Part shown: positions 28,612 through 40,700 of the stretch, one piece after another
Position numbering within the stretch: position 1 is the stretch's first letter
How the letters are laid out: every line of letters begins with the position of its first letter
Assembly (NCBI RefSeq): GCF_009914755.1
Contig: NC_060947.1
DNA from: the human T2T-CHM13v2.0 reference genome, Homo sapiens
DNA: 64,000 nt
Reading direction: 5' to 3' (one strand)
The notes under the pieces: generated by a model
What the model saw: only the letters and a program-made list of their open reading frames with translations
Database searches by the model: none
Told to the model about the DNA's origin: nothing
Position numbers and translations under genes: made by a program

Positions 28612-28838
28612 AGAGTCTGCAAACTGCAGCCCTCAAGCCGTAACTAGCCCATTGCCATTTTTGTAAATAAAGTTTTATTGGATCACAATGACACATCTTC
28701 ATTTCTCTATTGTCTATGACTGCTTCAACATTCTAACAGCAGAGTTGAATAGTTGCAACAGAGTATAGAAAACAAAGCCTAAAATATTTACTCTCTGGCC
28801 CTTTACGTTTACATTACAGAAAACACTTGCTAACCCCT
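28612..28838. mobile_element. MER58A-like hAT DNA transposon
   Basis: tttttgtaaataaagttttattgga...gcagagttgaatagttgcaacagag...aaagcctaaaatatttactctctggccctttac. Confidence 0.8.
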
Positions 28839-29363
28839 ACTATAAAACAATGTTGTCTTTGGAAGCTATGGTAAATTAAAAACAGAATAAAACTATTGCT
28901 CACGTATATTTTATTTTCAAAGTAAAATTACTTTTTTCCCCTTCTATAGATATTTTTTTTTTTTCCTGGAAGGAGCTTCCAATTTCAAGCAAGAACAGAA
29001 GCAGAAGCACTCCAATAAGTGTGCTTGGTTACATGAATAACTTGTGATGGTTTGGATATACTTCCTGGCAACACGCAATGTTAGAAACCTAGAAATATGT
29101 CTGCCTGGTACTTTTAAGGGGAATATATAGAGAGCCTCTTTTGAAACTTTGAAAAGATTTATTTTCTATTCTGGAGACATTTTAGTATGGAGAGTTGAAG
29201 GTTGCATAAAAATACAGCAACTAAGATAGTTGGAATAGTTATTCTCTAGGGAAACATTTGGCCCTAAGACAAGACATGTTGGAAACACATAAACAAGCAA
29301 ATAAAATTGGCAAATGTAAGTTTTGATTCATATATGCTCGTGAAACTATATTCTTAATGCTAT

Positions 29364-29834
29364 TGAGAGGTGAGGCCAGCTGGACTTTCTGGGTCGAGTG
29401 GGGACTTGGGGAACTTTTCTGTCTTACAAGAGGATTGTAAAACGCACCAATCAGGAACCTTCCCGTCTTACAAGAGGATTGTAAAACGCACCAATCAGCG
29501 CTCTGTAAAATGCACCAATCAGTAGGATTCTAAAAGTAGCCAATCGTGGGGAGGATTGAAAAAAGGGCACTCTGATAGGACAGAAATGGAACATGGGAGG
29601 GGACAGTAAGGGAATAAAAGCTGGCCACCCAAGCCAGCAGCGGCAACCTGCTTGGGTCCCCTTCCACGTTGTGGAAGCTTTGTTCTTTTGCTCTTCACAA
29701 TAAATCTTGCTGCTGCTCGCTGTTTGGGTTCGTGCCACCTTTAAGAGCTGTAACAGTCACCGCAGAGGTCCGTGGCTTCGTTCTTGAAGTCAGCGAGACC
29801 ACGAACCCACCGGCGGGAACCAACTCTGGACACA
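29364..29834 (+). mobile_element. LTR12F-like (ERV9) solo LTR
   Basis: tgagaggtgaggccagctggac...accaactctggacaca; 4-bp TSD CTAT (29360-29363 and 29835-29838); repeated gcaccaatcag CCAAT units; 44-bp internal tandem repeat. Confidence 0.92.
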
Positions 29835-30870
29835 CTATGACCTTAAGTAAGTCTGTCTTCATGGATCCTAGATATTTCCTAGCCTTTGTATCTTCCTTAA
29901 AGGTTACCTTCAGGTGCTTTTGAAGTTGTTATGACCACATGTACAGTCCTTACCTTTTGTACATGAAACTCAACTTTTGATTCCTATTTTATGTTTCCAT
30001 TAGATGGCTACGTATGTAAACAAAAAAAGTTTTTGTGACACTCAGGCATTACTACGGAGGGAGGTGAACGTTCATTAAGACATTTATCTCAAATATTGCA
30101 TCCAGAAGAATGACACTAAGAATAAACTCAATTGAAGTATGAGATAATGTGCTTCAAAGACTAAGGGACTAAATAACTCATCCTCTTCCTAATTACCTTA
30201 TAGATACCTTAGTTCTCTTTATCCTTCTCCAACATACAAAGCTAGTTCATTTTTAAGGTCTTTGCATAAGCTGTCCCTTGTGCCCGGAATGCTTTGCCCC
30301 TACATCATTACATGGCTGACTCTAGTTTGTCCATCAGTTCTTCTTCAAAATCACCTTCCAAGTGAGGTATTGAAGACTTTTTCAAGATTTTTCTCTTTTT
30401 TATTAATTCTGTGCATAATATTTCCCACTTTCTAAATTGTTTTCCTTTCTCAGTTTGTATCCTATCCCTGCTTACTAAAATTACAGTTTCATGAGCACAC
30501 GGGACCTATGCTTCCTTGTACGTAGTGTGCAGGATATTACTTGGAATATAGTGGGCACCCAATATATTAATGAATACAATCATTGTAGAAAGTTAAATCC
30601 ACAGTGGTCCAGATGTGGTGTTAAGCATGAACCTAAATCTTCTACCTTCAAGGTGCTCCTAATATGGTTGGGTTGATGATCACATACAAATCAGATAATT
30701 ATACCACTTGAGGAACATTAGGTTTACAAACTAAGCATTATTATATCATTTTATTAAAATGTATTCATATCAGTAAAGTGGGGACGGTGGAGTCAAGGAA
30801 GAAGTATTGTAGGTGACATTTTAGCTGAGTATAGAAAGGGAGGTTAGGGATGAAGCACCAGGCAAATGCT

Positions 30871-30928
30871 TGTCACAAGTGACCTTGTGAGTCACTTGTG
30901 ACATGAAGTGAGTCACTTGTGACATGAA
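30871..30928. repeat. 13-bp inverted repeat overlapping a 21-bp tandem duplication
   Basis: tgtcacaagtgac (30871-30883) / gtcacttgtgaca (30891-30903); gtgagtcacttgtgacatgaa at 30887-30907 and 30908-30928. Confidence 0.9.
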
Positions 30929-30984
30929 GCTGTATAACGTGCTTAGAGGAAGACATACAGTTCATCACGGTCACCTTTCGTCCT

Positions 30985-32008
30985 GACATCCACATTCATT
31001 TCTCTGACTACCCAACCCCTCACTTGGATTTTTCAAAGGTATCTCAAAATTAACACCTCCAAAATACGTTTACTCTCTTTCTCTGCAACTCTTTTCCTCT
31101 CCCCTTATGCATTTAACCATTCATTATTTTATCCAATACGTACTTACTGATCACTTATTATTTTCCCATTTCAAAAGAAATGGCAGTGTTATCTCCAGAG
31201 GTGTATGACATCAGAAACTGGGAATGATATATGACACTTTCCTCAAATTCAACTCTACAATCGTTCAACTTAACACTAACCCCCGTCAATTACGTCTCCT
31301 GTATTTTTCTCAGGTTTGTTGTCACATTCTCACTAGAACTATTTTAGTCAAGACCACCATCGCTTCTTGCCAAGATTACAATAATAACCTCTTTTGTCCA
31401 TTCAGATTTGCTTCTCTCTGAACCATTCTCCACACTTCAGCGAAAGAAGTCTCTGAATCAAAGCTCTAATCATGACTCTTTCCTGACAACCACGTGACAA
31501 AGCCCTTCTGGGCAGAGAAAAAACTCCCAACAGGACCCGAAGGACCCTCCAGGTTCTAGCCCCATCTCCTCTTTAGCTTGGTCTCTTGAACATCTTTCTT
31601 CCAAACATAATCTGCTGTCACATTCTTTCTGTTCCTTTATCTCTGACACTCTCAGGCTTAGCTCTTTAAATGTGGTACTCTGCATAGAAAAATTTCCACC
31701 ACCTTCACGGTAGTTTTGTGTGGCCAAGTCTATATCACTTCTTCACAGAAGCTTTTGGTGACCCAGATACTAATTCAAATTTCTAACTCGGACACCAGTG
31801 GTTCCCCTTTCTCTCTCTCTCTCAATCTCTCTCTCTCTCTCTCAGAATCTCATGAGATTCATCATGGTTGATTACTTGCATAAAGTCTGACATCCCTGCT
31901 GGGATTATGTCTGTCATGTTCACTTCTGTATGCTCAGCATCTAGTTATAATTAATAATAATAATACTAATTACTGAGGGAGCTAAATACTTATTTGTTGG
32001 ATGAGTGA
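30985..32008 (+). mobile_element. Degraded L2 LINE
   Basis: cacttggatttttcaaaggtatctcaaaattaacac..., ending in an L2-like tatttgttggatgagtga. Confidence 0.5.
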
Positions 32009-32524
32009 TTGTGGTAAAAATGAAAATGAAATGATGTAAAATAGTGGAATGATAAAACAGAGTGTTGAAAATGTTGATGAGAGCCAGATTATAAATGCTT
32101 TGAGAAATATTTCAGAGGCTGTGCTGACAGGATTTTGGTAGAGATTTGGGCAATAAAGAGCCAGAATGGATAGGGATATATGATAACTGCAGGGTTTTTC
32201 AGAGAAAGTGAATTATAAATCCATCAGTCAATATAAGAAATGCAGAAAGAAAAACAATGTTGCGGATGTTAGAAAGGATTGAGAGATTCTGAAGTGATGG
32301 GATGTTCAGGAAATCGAAGTTAAGATATCTAGTAGGCAAGCAGAAACCTACCTTATGGCCAGAACATTCTCTGACCCAAAAGTCTCAAGACCATTTTTTT
32401 TTTTTTTACAACTAATGTCAATAAACTACTTTTCATGTACACTAGAAATGATAGTGTGAAATATATTAATGAGGTTAACTATTGTTAAAAATCAGAATAT
32501 GCATTCCTAATATGTGTTTGTAAA

Positions 32525-33022
32525 ATAAATTTTATTGTATATATTTAAGGGATACCACATAATGGTGTAAGATGCATAGATATTTATATATATAGTGTAA
32601 AATAGTTACCATTGTGGAGAACATTATCATATCTATCATTTCACAGTTACCCATTTTTCACTCTGTGGCAAGAACAGCTATAATCTATTCATTTATCAAA
32701 AATCTTGAATACACACTATTATTAACTGTAGTCCTCATGATGTATATTATATCTTTTAATATATTAATATATTTTAATCATTTGTATCCTATGACCTACA
32801 TTGCCCCATTTCCTCACAACTACCCTGACCCTGGTAACCACTGTTTAATTCACTATCTGTATATATTTGACCTTTTTTAAAAAAAGATTCCATATATAAG
32901 TGAGATCATACAATATTTTTCTTTCTTGGTCTGGCTTATTTCATTTAGCATAAGGTCCTCCAGGTCCATCCATGTTGGGACAAATGACAGATCTTCTTCT
33001 TTTTAAGGCTGAAAAATATTCC

Positions 33023-33025
<3 letters not shown>
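32525..33025 (-). mobile_element. L1MA-like 3' end
   Basis: ttttattgtatatatttaagg...agattccatatataagtgagatcatacaatattt...ctggcttatttcatttagcataa. Confidence 0.8.
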
Positions 33026-33065
<40 letters not shown>

Positions 33066-33137
33066 ACACGATTCTTGGACCATATTTCTTTGTAAACTAT
33101 TTTCTACATATTCTTAGCCCTTCCATAGAAACCCCAG

Positions 33138-33181
<44 letters not shown>
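33026..33181. repeat. (GT)n and (CT)n microsatellites
   Basis: (GT)~19 at 33026-33063 and (TC)~21 at 33140-33181. Confidence 0.95.
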
Positions 33182-33185
<4 letters not shown>

Positions 33186-33835
33186 TCCTCCTGCTCCTCC
33201 TCCTCCTGCCTACATCTCTCTCTCCCTTCCTCTTAAAGTAACTCTAAAATATAATTTTAAATATTCTTATTTTGTCTGGTGCCAGACTGTTTTGGACACT
33301 AGCCATAAAATATTTTTAGCTGTGTTCATTTAAGCTACCATACAAGCCAGGCGCTACATCTACAGAACACCTTTCTTTTTACTTTGTAAGTTCTTTTATA
33401 ATATTGGATGTGGTGATGAGATAAAGAAAAGAGTGAGGTATAATGGTCTTCCTAGGTATCAGAATTTTCTTTTTGAGAAACTGTTTTTCTTCCTTTAGTA
33501 ACGAAAACAAGAGCCAACATAATGATCTGAGTTCTGATAATGAGTGTGTTTTGGCACAAACTGTCACATGAATCAAAGGTAACTTGAACATGTATAAATT
33601 AACATTCCACAGCCAGAAAATATTTAGATTCACTAAATCTGTTACTCTAAGCAAAATTCAGGAGTTAAGTCAATGATAGATGGCCATTTTGGTGTCTGGA
33701 TCTTAGGAGAAAATAGGACCATAAGAAATAAACACTGTCCTTACAAAGAAATAAACTTTTGTCCTGGAGTTAAATGGTAAAAAGGACGCCCCCTCAGGGG
33801 AGCATACCTTGATAATATTGATCATCCAAATAGGA

Positions 33836-34214
33836 TGATATGGTTTGGCTGTGTCCCCACCCAAATCTCATCTTGAATTGTAGCTCCCATAATCCCCATG
33901 TGTCATGGGAGTGACCTGGTGGGAGGTAATTGAATCACGGGGATGGTTCTGTGCTGAGGGAGCTAAATACTTGTGCTGTCCTTATGGCAGTGAATAAGTC
34001 TCAGGAGATCTGATGGTTTTATAAAGGGCAATTTTCCTGCACACGCTCTTGCCTGCCACCATGTAAGCCATGCCTTTGCTACCCCTTCACCTTCCACCAT
34101 GATTGTGAGGCCTCCCTAGCCATGTGAGACTGTGAGTCCATTAAGCCTCTTTTTACTTATAAATTACCCAGTCTTGGGTATTTCTTCATAGCAGTAGGAA
34201 AATGAACTAATACA
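33836..34214 (+). mobile_element. THE1 (B/C-like) solo LTR
   Basis: tgatatggtttggctgtgtcccc...ctaataca; 5-bp TSD TAGGA at 33831-33835 and 34215-34219. Confidence 0.95.
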
Positions 34215-34792
34215 TAGGATTATTGAGAAATATACATCAAATATAAAATGTGATTTTTAATGATTTTTTCTCGATTGATGTCTGATGGAGACTAAGTGCT
34301 TAATATGAAAACAGAACTCATGGTGTTTTCTTCTGCGGAAAGCAAGTTAGTGTAGTCCAGGCTTGTAACTTGCTGGTATAAGAAAAGATCCTAGACTTTC
34401 CAAAGGGAAAAATGGACAGAAGGTTACATCGTAGGGTCAGCAGTTTCTTAGATGTGGTCATCTGGTTATAGTATTACTCTGAAATATTACCTCCTTCTAG
34501 GTTTTTGATAGGAGTGGGATTGCAGACAATTTGAAGCTCTACTTTATGATGAAAGCCTGGTGAGCTCTAATTGAGAAATACAGACCTGGTTTGGATACTA
34601 AATGAGTAGGTGTTTATTAACACTCTGTTAGGAAAATTGAGAATTCTGGCAGGTTTTAGTGCTCAAAGTAAAACCTTTCCCATTTACAGAGAGAGGTGGG
34701 CTTGGAGAGACCCTTCAGAATGAGTTGGGACCTTCCTGAAGAAGGAGCTCTGGATCCGTTCAAGCATCACTGTGACTTCTGAGAGACACGTC

Positions 34793-35165
34793 TCTATTAG
34801 TCCATTTTCATACTGCTATAAAGAACTGCCTGAGACTGGGTAATTTATAAAAGAAAGAGGTTTAATTGACACACAGTTCAGCATGGCTGGGGAGGCCTCA
34901 GGAAACTTACCATCGTGGCATAAGGTGAGAAGGAGCAAGCCACCTTCTTCACAGGTGGCAGGAAGAAGTGCCCAGTGAAGCAGGAAGAGCCCCTTATAAA
35001 ACAATCAGATCTTGTGAGAACTCACTCACTATCAGGAGAACAGCATGGGAGAAATTGCTCCCATGATTCAGTTACCTCCACCTGGTCTCTCTCCCTTGAC
35101 ATGTGGGGATTGTGGGGATTACAATTCAAAATGAGATTTGGGTGGGGACACAAAGCCAAACCATA
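34793..35165 (-). mobile_element. THE1D solo LTR
   Basis: tattagtccattttcatactgctataaagaactg...gagatttgggtggggacacaaagccaaaccata. Confidence 0.92.
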
Positions 35166-37752
35166 GGATCCATCAAATCCCAGGATGATGGTTCTCCATC
35201 CCCACAATGTGTGCAATATTTTAGGAGTCTTTTGTTACTCATAATAGCTAAAGTACAGATCTTTGCAAGTAGTTTCATCTTCCACGAGTGAAAGCAGATT
35301 CAAACAAAAACATTACTCTCACCTGCATCATACGTTTTCGAGAGTGAGCAGTGTGCTGGAAATTGCCCTAACCCATGCTGTTTTATGTAAGCCATAGTCC
35401 TTAGAATGTAGGTACTCAGAGAAGAGCAGGTACTTTTTTGTGCTAGGAAGAAACATGGCCAAGCAATACTGCTATCTGACGAGGAAGCTGTTGTTCTTTA
35501 ACCTGGACCATTTTCAGAGTAGGCATTTTAAAAGCTGCCTGATGAGAACTTTTTGAAACTGTAGCAGAGCTTCCATGGATATTCTGATTGGATATATCAT
35601 TGCTTCCTGCTCAGCTTGCTAAGATAACTTGAAAACAGAAAATCCTTTTGTCTGGAGTAGGTATTTAATTAACCAAATGTTAAGTATTGTGTATTTTTTC
35701 AGTTGCTTAAGTGGAAAGACATTATTACCTGAATATAGTTTTTTTATGAACAACCCAGAATATTACCGGGTTAAAGGTCATTGGTTTATTACTTAACCTA
35801 AAAATAATTGCTTTGACATATATGGAATATTGTATATCTCATTATTTTTTGATAACTTCAGAAGAGCTAATATAATCGGAGGCAGATCTACAGTGGAATA
35901 GGGAATTCAGAATTTATATTCTAACAGAAAAGGATACAGTAATATGACAAGGAAATTCCTAAAAATATAGTATATTTTCCATGTGAAAACATATTTCCAG
36001 ACCAATTTCAAAAGAATGATAGCTTAGATTCCTCTCTGCTGCAGTAAGCTATATCCCCCACTTGAAATACATCCCACCTTTCCTATAATTACCTCTTCCA
36101 CCAGAATTGCAATTATACATTTCTTTTAATCTTTTACTTTTCAAAAATAATGGAAATTTAAATTGGGAATTAAGTTGCATTTAATTTCCAGTTTCGCATT
36201 TTAATCTTTGAAAATAGCCTAGCCACAGGCAAGGTGCAGCTGAAAGCTTCAATGACAGCACACCTAAAATGGGAGGCCTGTCAGATTTGACATATGAAGT
36301 GGTGGTTTGGCTTCCAGCAAAGCTTTGTCCATTATGCTCCCTCTCTTGTTCACCTCTCCCTCTAGCTTTTCTTCCACTGTCAGAGAGCTGAAATGCGAAT
36401 AATTCTACTCCAGGAAACATATTTCACATAATTTCTATAACACCAAATGAAAAGCCTTTAGACTATATTATCATAGAAGCTAGTCCTTATTTAACACCAG
36501 ATTTTATTGGATATGTAATTTTATATACATATTGTATTACATACCTCTACCTAAATACAGAAATACTTTACAGCCTTATTATGTGTAATAAAAAAATCTA
36601 ACATCTTCTCAAGCCACATTGCAGATGGTAGTATTATCTGGATGGTGCCTCATGAACAAACTTCAAAAGGAAATGTTGATGTGAGAAGATTCCTATGGTT
36701 CTGGTAAGACTCTACATCCCCCTCCCCCCAGGTCTGTGGAATAATGTATAGGCATATAAACAGTACATACATGGCATCAATTGTTATAACCATATATATG
36801 TGTGTGCGTGTTTAAATTGTATTAATAAGATTTTCTTATACACTCAGCACCTAACAGTGTCTAACACATTTTATATCTTCCAATAAATGAATGAAGCAAA
36901 TGAAAACATCAGTAAACAGAAAAAAACAGGCATTTTATTCAGTTTACTTTAATTTGAGTGGTGTTTGGTTGTAATATCTGACAAAAGTTAGTGCTATTTA
37001 ATGGTTTAAAATAATTTAATGTGTAGTTTTCCCCTTTAAGTTTTGCCCTGTATCTTTTGCTATGGTCTGTCAGCTATAATTTGTTCAATCTTTTGTGTAG
37101 CTTTCTTCCCAGTCTTACAAGTCTAATTGGGGAAAGTAAGGGAATTAACAATGATCAAAAGTCTATTCTTTTTCTAAACATTCACATATCTTTGAATCTC
37201 TACAGGAATCCTGGAAAAGAGGATCATTTTGCAGAAAAAAAACATAGGCTAGAGTTTCTGAACACCTTGTCCCAAAGGTACAGCCAGAGTTTGAATCCAA
37301 GTCAGTCTAATTCCAAACATAGATCTTTTCCTCAAACCATAACATTTTCAAGAACTGTATTTTATCATTTCTTATGATCCCTGCCAACTTACTCACAATA
37401 TTATCAGTAGCCTAGACATTCACTAAATGCCAACTGTGAACAAGTGAAGCCTTTAAGACTTGGATGGTGTTGAAGTTCCCTGGTGTGATATTTCAGTTTA
37501 CTCAGTACCCACCTGAATGAATGCTTTGAAGAAAATAAACAAGTGAAGCTTAATCAGCTAAGTAAATGTTTGGATAAAAAAATGAAGCTTGTTTAAATAA
37601 GGGAAAGCCCTTATTCTTCTCTGATCTACTCATTTAAGTCAAACAATTACCATAAAGCTAATTCTCAAAATTATGTTTTCTTTAATTATTGAATTGGGTT
37701 AGTACTGTCCTTTGACCCATTAGTCCAAATACACACATGCACAGCTACACAA

Positions 37753-37756
37753 ATAT

Positions 37757-37788
<32 letters not shown>
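37753..37788. repeat. Interrupted (TA)n microsatellite
   Basis: Directly visible. Confidence 0.9.
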
Positions 37789-40700
37789 GTATGTATACAT
37801 AGAGAGAATCTAAAAAATACTCTAACTGACAAGATGGAGATGACACTAATTTATGCATATATCAGGGCAATTTCAATTTCTGCATTTTAATAGCTTATCT
37901 CTGATATTTGCAAACTAAGAGCTTCATTTACAGACTGTACTTGTATCATGAGTTCCCAAACTACAACTACAAATGTTTAAATATCTTTTTAAACTGAGTG
38001 TGCATGAATGTTTTTTATCAGAAGCATTATTTAAAATAATTACTATTATCTTTTAAGTAGCATCAGGCTGTTGGAATTTGCTAGGAACTACCAACAAATA
38101 CCTTCTCTTAAAGATACTGATCAGGGAACTCCAAACATTCTTGCTTCTGTATCCCCTAAAAAGACTCTTGAAAAATGAGTCAACCCTTGCAGATTTAAAA
38201 TCCGCATTCGAAATGTACTTTTCATTCTTAAATGACTGAAAATAATATAATTTGAGGGACATTGTAAATATCGATATTTTAAAACTAAGATATATGTTTA
38301 TGCCTGAAAAAATCTTATTGATCACCTAGTATACTTTTCTTAAACAGTATGTATACACAATGAGTGTTTTTTTTCTGTTACTGTAAGTCCTAAATGTAAA
38401 AAACAAACCTTTTCAATTGAGGTATTGTTACAATTATTAACGTGCAATTGACCAAAACAATATATGTATATTATAAAATTTGATAAACATAAAAATAAAA
38501 TTTTATTGAAAATACATCTCTTAATAAGATGGATGGGTATTTAACAATTTATACACCTTCAGAAGAATATAAATTATTTCTACAATTGGAAAGGCTTCAG
38601 CATCAATTCTATCCCTAATTTTTGTCTGTATAGATGTAAATGATGAAAAATCTTATTCAAATAGGTGAGTAGAAAGAAACGGAAGGAATTGTATTATAGT
38701 AGCATTGCTTAATCATTTGTGCTCCTGCTATGGCATATGCTAAAAGTACATGATGATTGCTTACCAAAACGTATTTTTAATGATCTATCGGCTGACAACT
38801 TATCAGGTCTTCTCTTCGGGTTCAGTTGAAAGCAAAGAGTTAGCAACCACTCTTCTTGCAAAAAGCTATGTTGCCCTGTCATGAAAGTCATTCATGCTTC
38901 TTTTGTTTGAAGCCTTAGTAAGATCAGAGTTGGATGAAATATAAGGCTTTTTTTCTTAAATTGGGAGAAGTGGTTAGAAAAGGCAAGTGGTTAGAAAGGA
39001 GAAACAGCCTGAGGTCTTGACTACAGATGTCTTTTTTTTTTTTTTTTTTTTTTTCAGGCAATTCAGTTTTCAGGAAGAGTACAAAATAAAGTAGAAGATC
39101 TAGAAATAAATTCCCTTAAAACTATCTGTGCCTACTCCTTGGAATGCCTTCATGTACTCCCAGGTTACTCCACTGTGAGGACAGCTGTTTTAAGAAATTT
39201 CGAATCATTACCTGTGACAAGAAATATAAACTGGCACATCAGAATCTCCTGATAACTTGTGTGTCCACTTCCTCAGTTGTACCTCACAGCTAAATAGTTA
39301 TCTGTTAAACCAAGAGAAGTTGCAGTTCTGGGGGCAATAGCCTTATTGGTATTTGTGCCTGAATATAATTCTGAACTCCCTCTTTTCTACCTTCTAGGCT
39401 TTGAGTTCATTTATTTCAGCAGCAAAAGATGTCAGGAGCAAGAGGCAGTCCCACATAGTGTAGATTCATTGAATGAGGGAGCCAAACAGTGATTTAGAAA
39501 CAACATTGCCAGTAACTATCTGATTAGCCTTAGGCAAGTTTCTCAACCTTCCTGAATCTGTTTCTTCACAATAACTCCCAGTCTGGCTGCACCTTCGACT
39601 CACACAAAGATCTTTAAAGAGATACTGTTGTCCAAGCATCGCCCCCAGGAATATGGATTTGATTCTCTGCTTAATTCTAAAGTGAAGGCAAAACAGGAAA
39701 AGTCAAAGTTAGAATCATTATCCATATAGTCTTTCAAAAAATATATAATAAGTGCCTATCATGAGCAGTGTTGCAAGTTTTCTGTGTTAAAATATCTACA
39801 AATTATACTTCTAAAGAAAAATTGAATGCTACTTGAATACAATAAATGATACATTTGAGCTTATCAGTCTTGAAAATCCTTTGTTCAAAAACGATGCAAA
39901 GTAGAGAGGGCAATTTAGTCTACAAAAACTTTTATTTAAAAAAACTGAATAAATAGCACAGACACATCCAAAAAGTGTATAGCATGGAAAAATTCAATAA
40001 TGTATAGCACAGAGACACCCCCAAATTTGTGTTGTTTATCATGTTGCATCATGGTCTTAATTCCACATTTCATGTAGCAGAATGTATCCCTTCATTTTGA
40101 GATCCAGAAGGACAAAAGGGTTGCACAGTTCCCCTTTTTCTGCCTCTCGGAGATCTTAAAAATGAATGATAAACAATTAATTCTACCCAGGATACCAATG
40201 AAAATCTATTTTCTTTTCTTTTTCCCAAACAAAAACCTCAGAAGGCAAGTAAACTGACCTTTTAAATGAACAAGATCTGACATGATTGAGCTAACCCAAG
40301 AAAGAAAATTCCCCTCTGAAGTGAATAATTTTTTAATTAAAAGGTGAAATCTGACACATCACACTGGTTTTGTTATTATTGTTGTTTTCTTCCATTAATC
40401 TCACACTCGTAAGAAAAAAAATGAGTGTATTATATATGACTGTGTTTTATAGATGCATATATTCTACTCTATCCATTTCAGTCCATCTTTTCTTAATGCA
40501 TTTGTCCTGTCACTTTTACTCACTGTAATTCAATTTTGTTAGGAAATGTAACTCGCTGTTTTATGCTTTATATATTTCACCTGATGCAAAATGGACTACC
40601 TGATTGATTCTGCATTTTTAGTCCACCTTTGAATTTATAGATAAAGATCAACAATTAACTTTAAGCATTATGCTAAAAAAATCTTAGCCAGAAGGATTGC

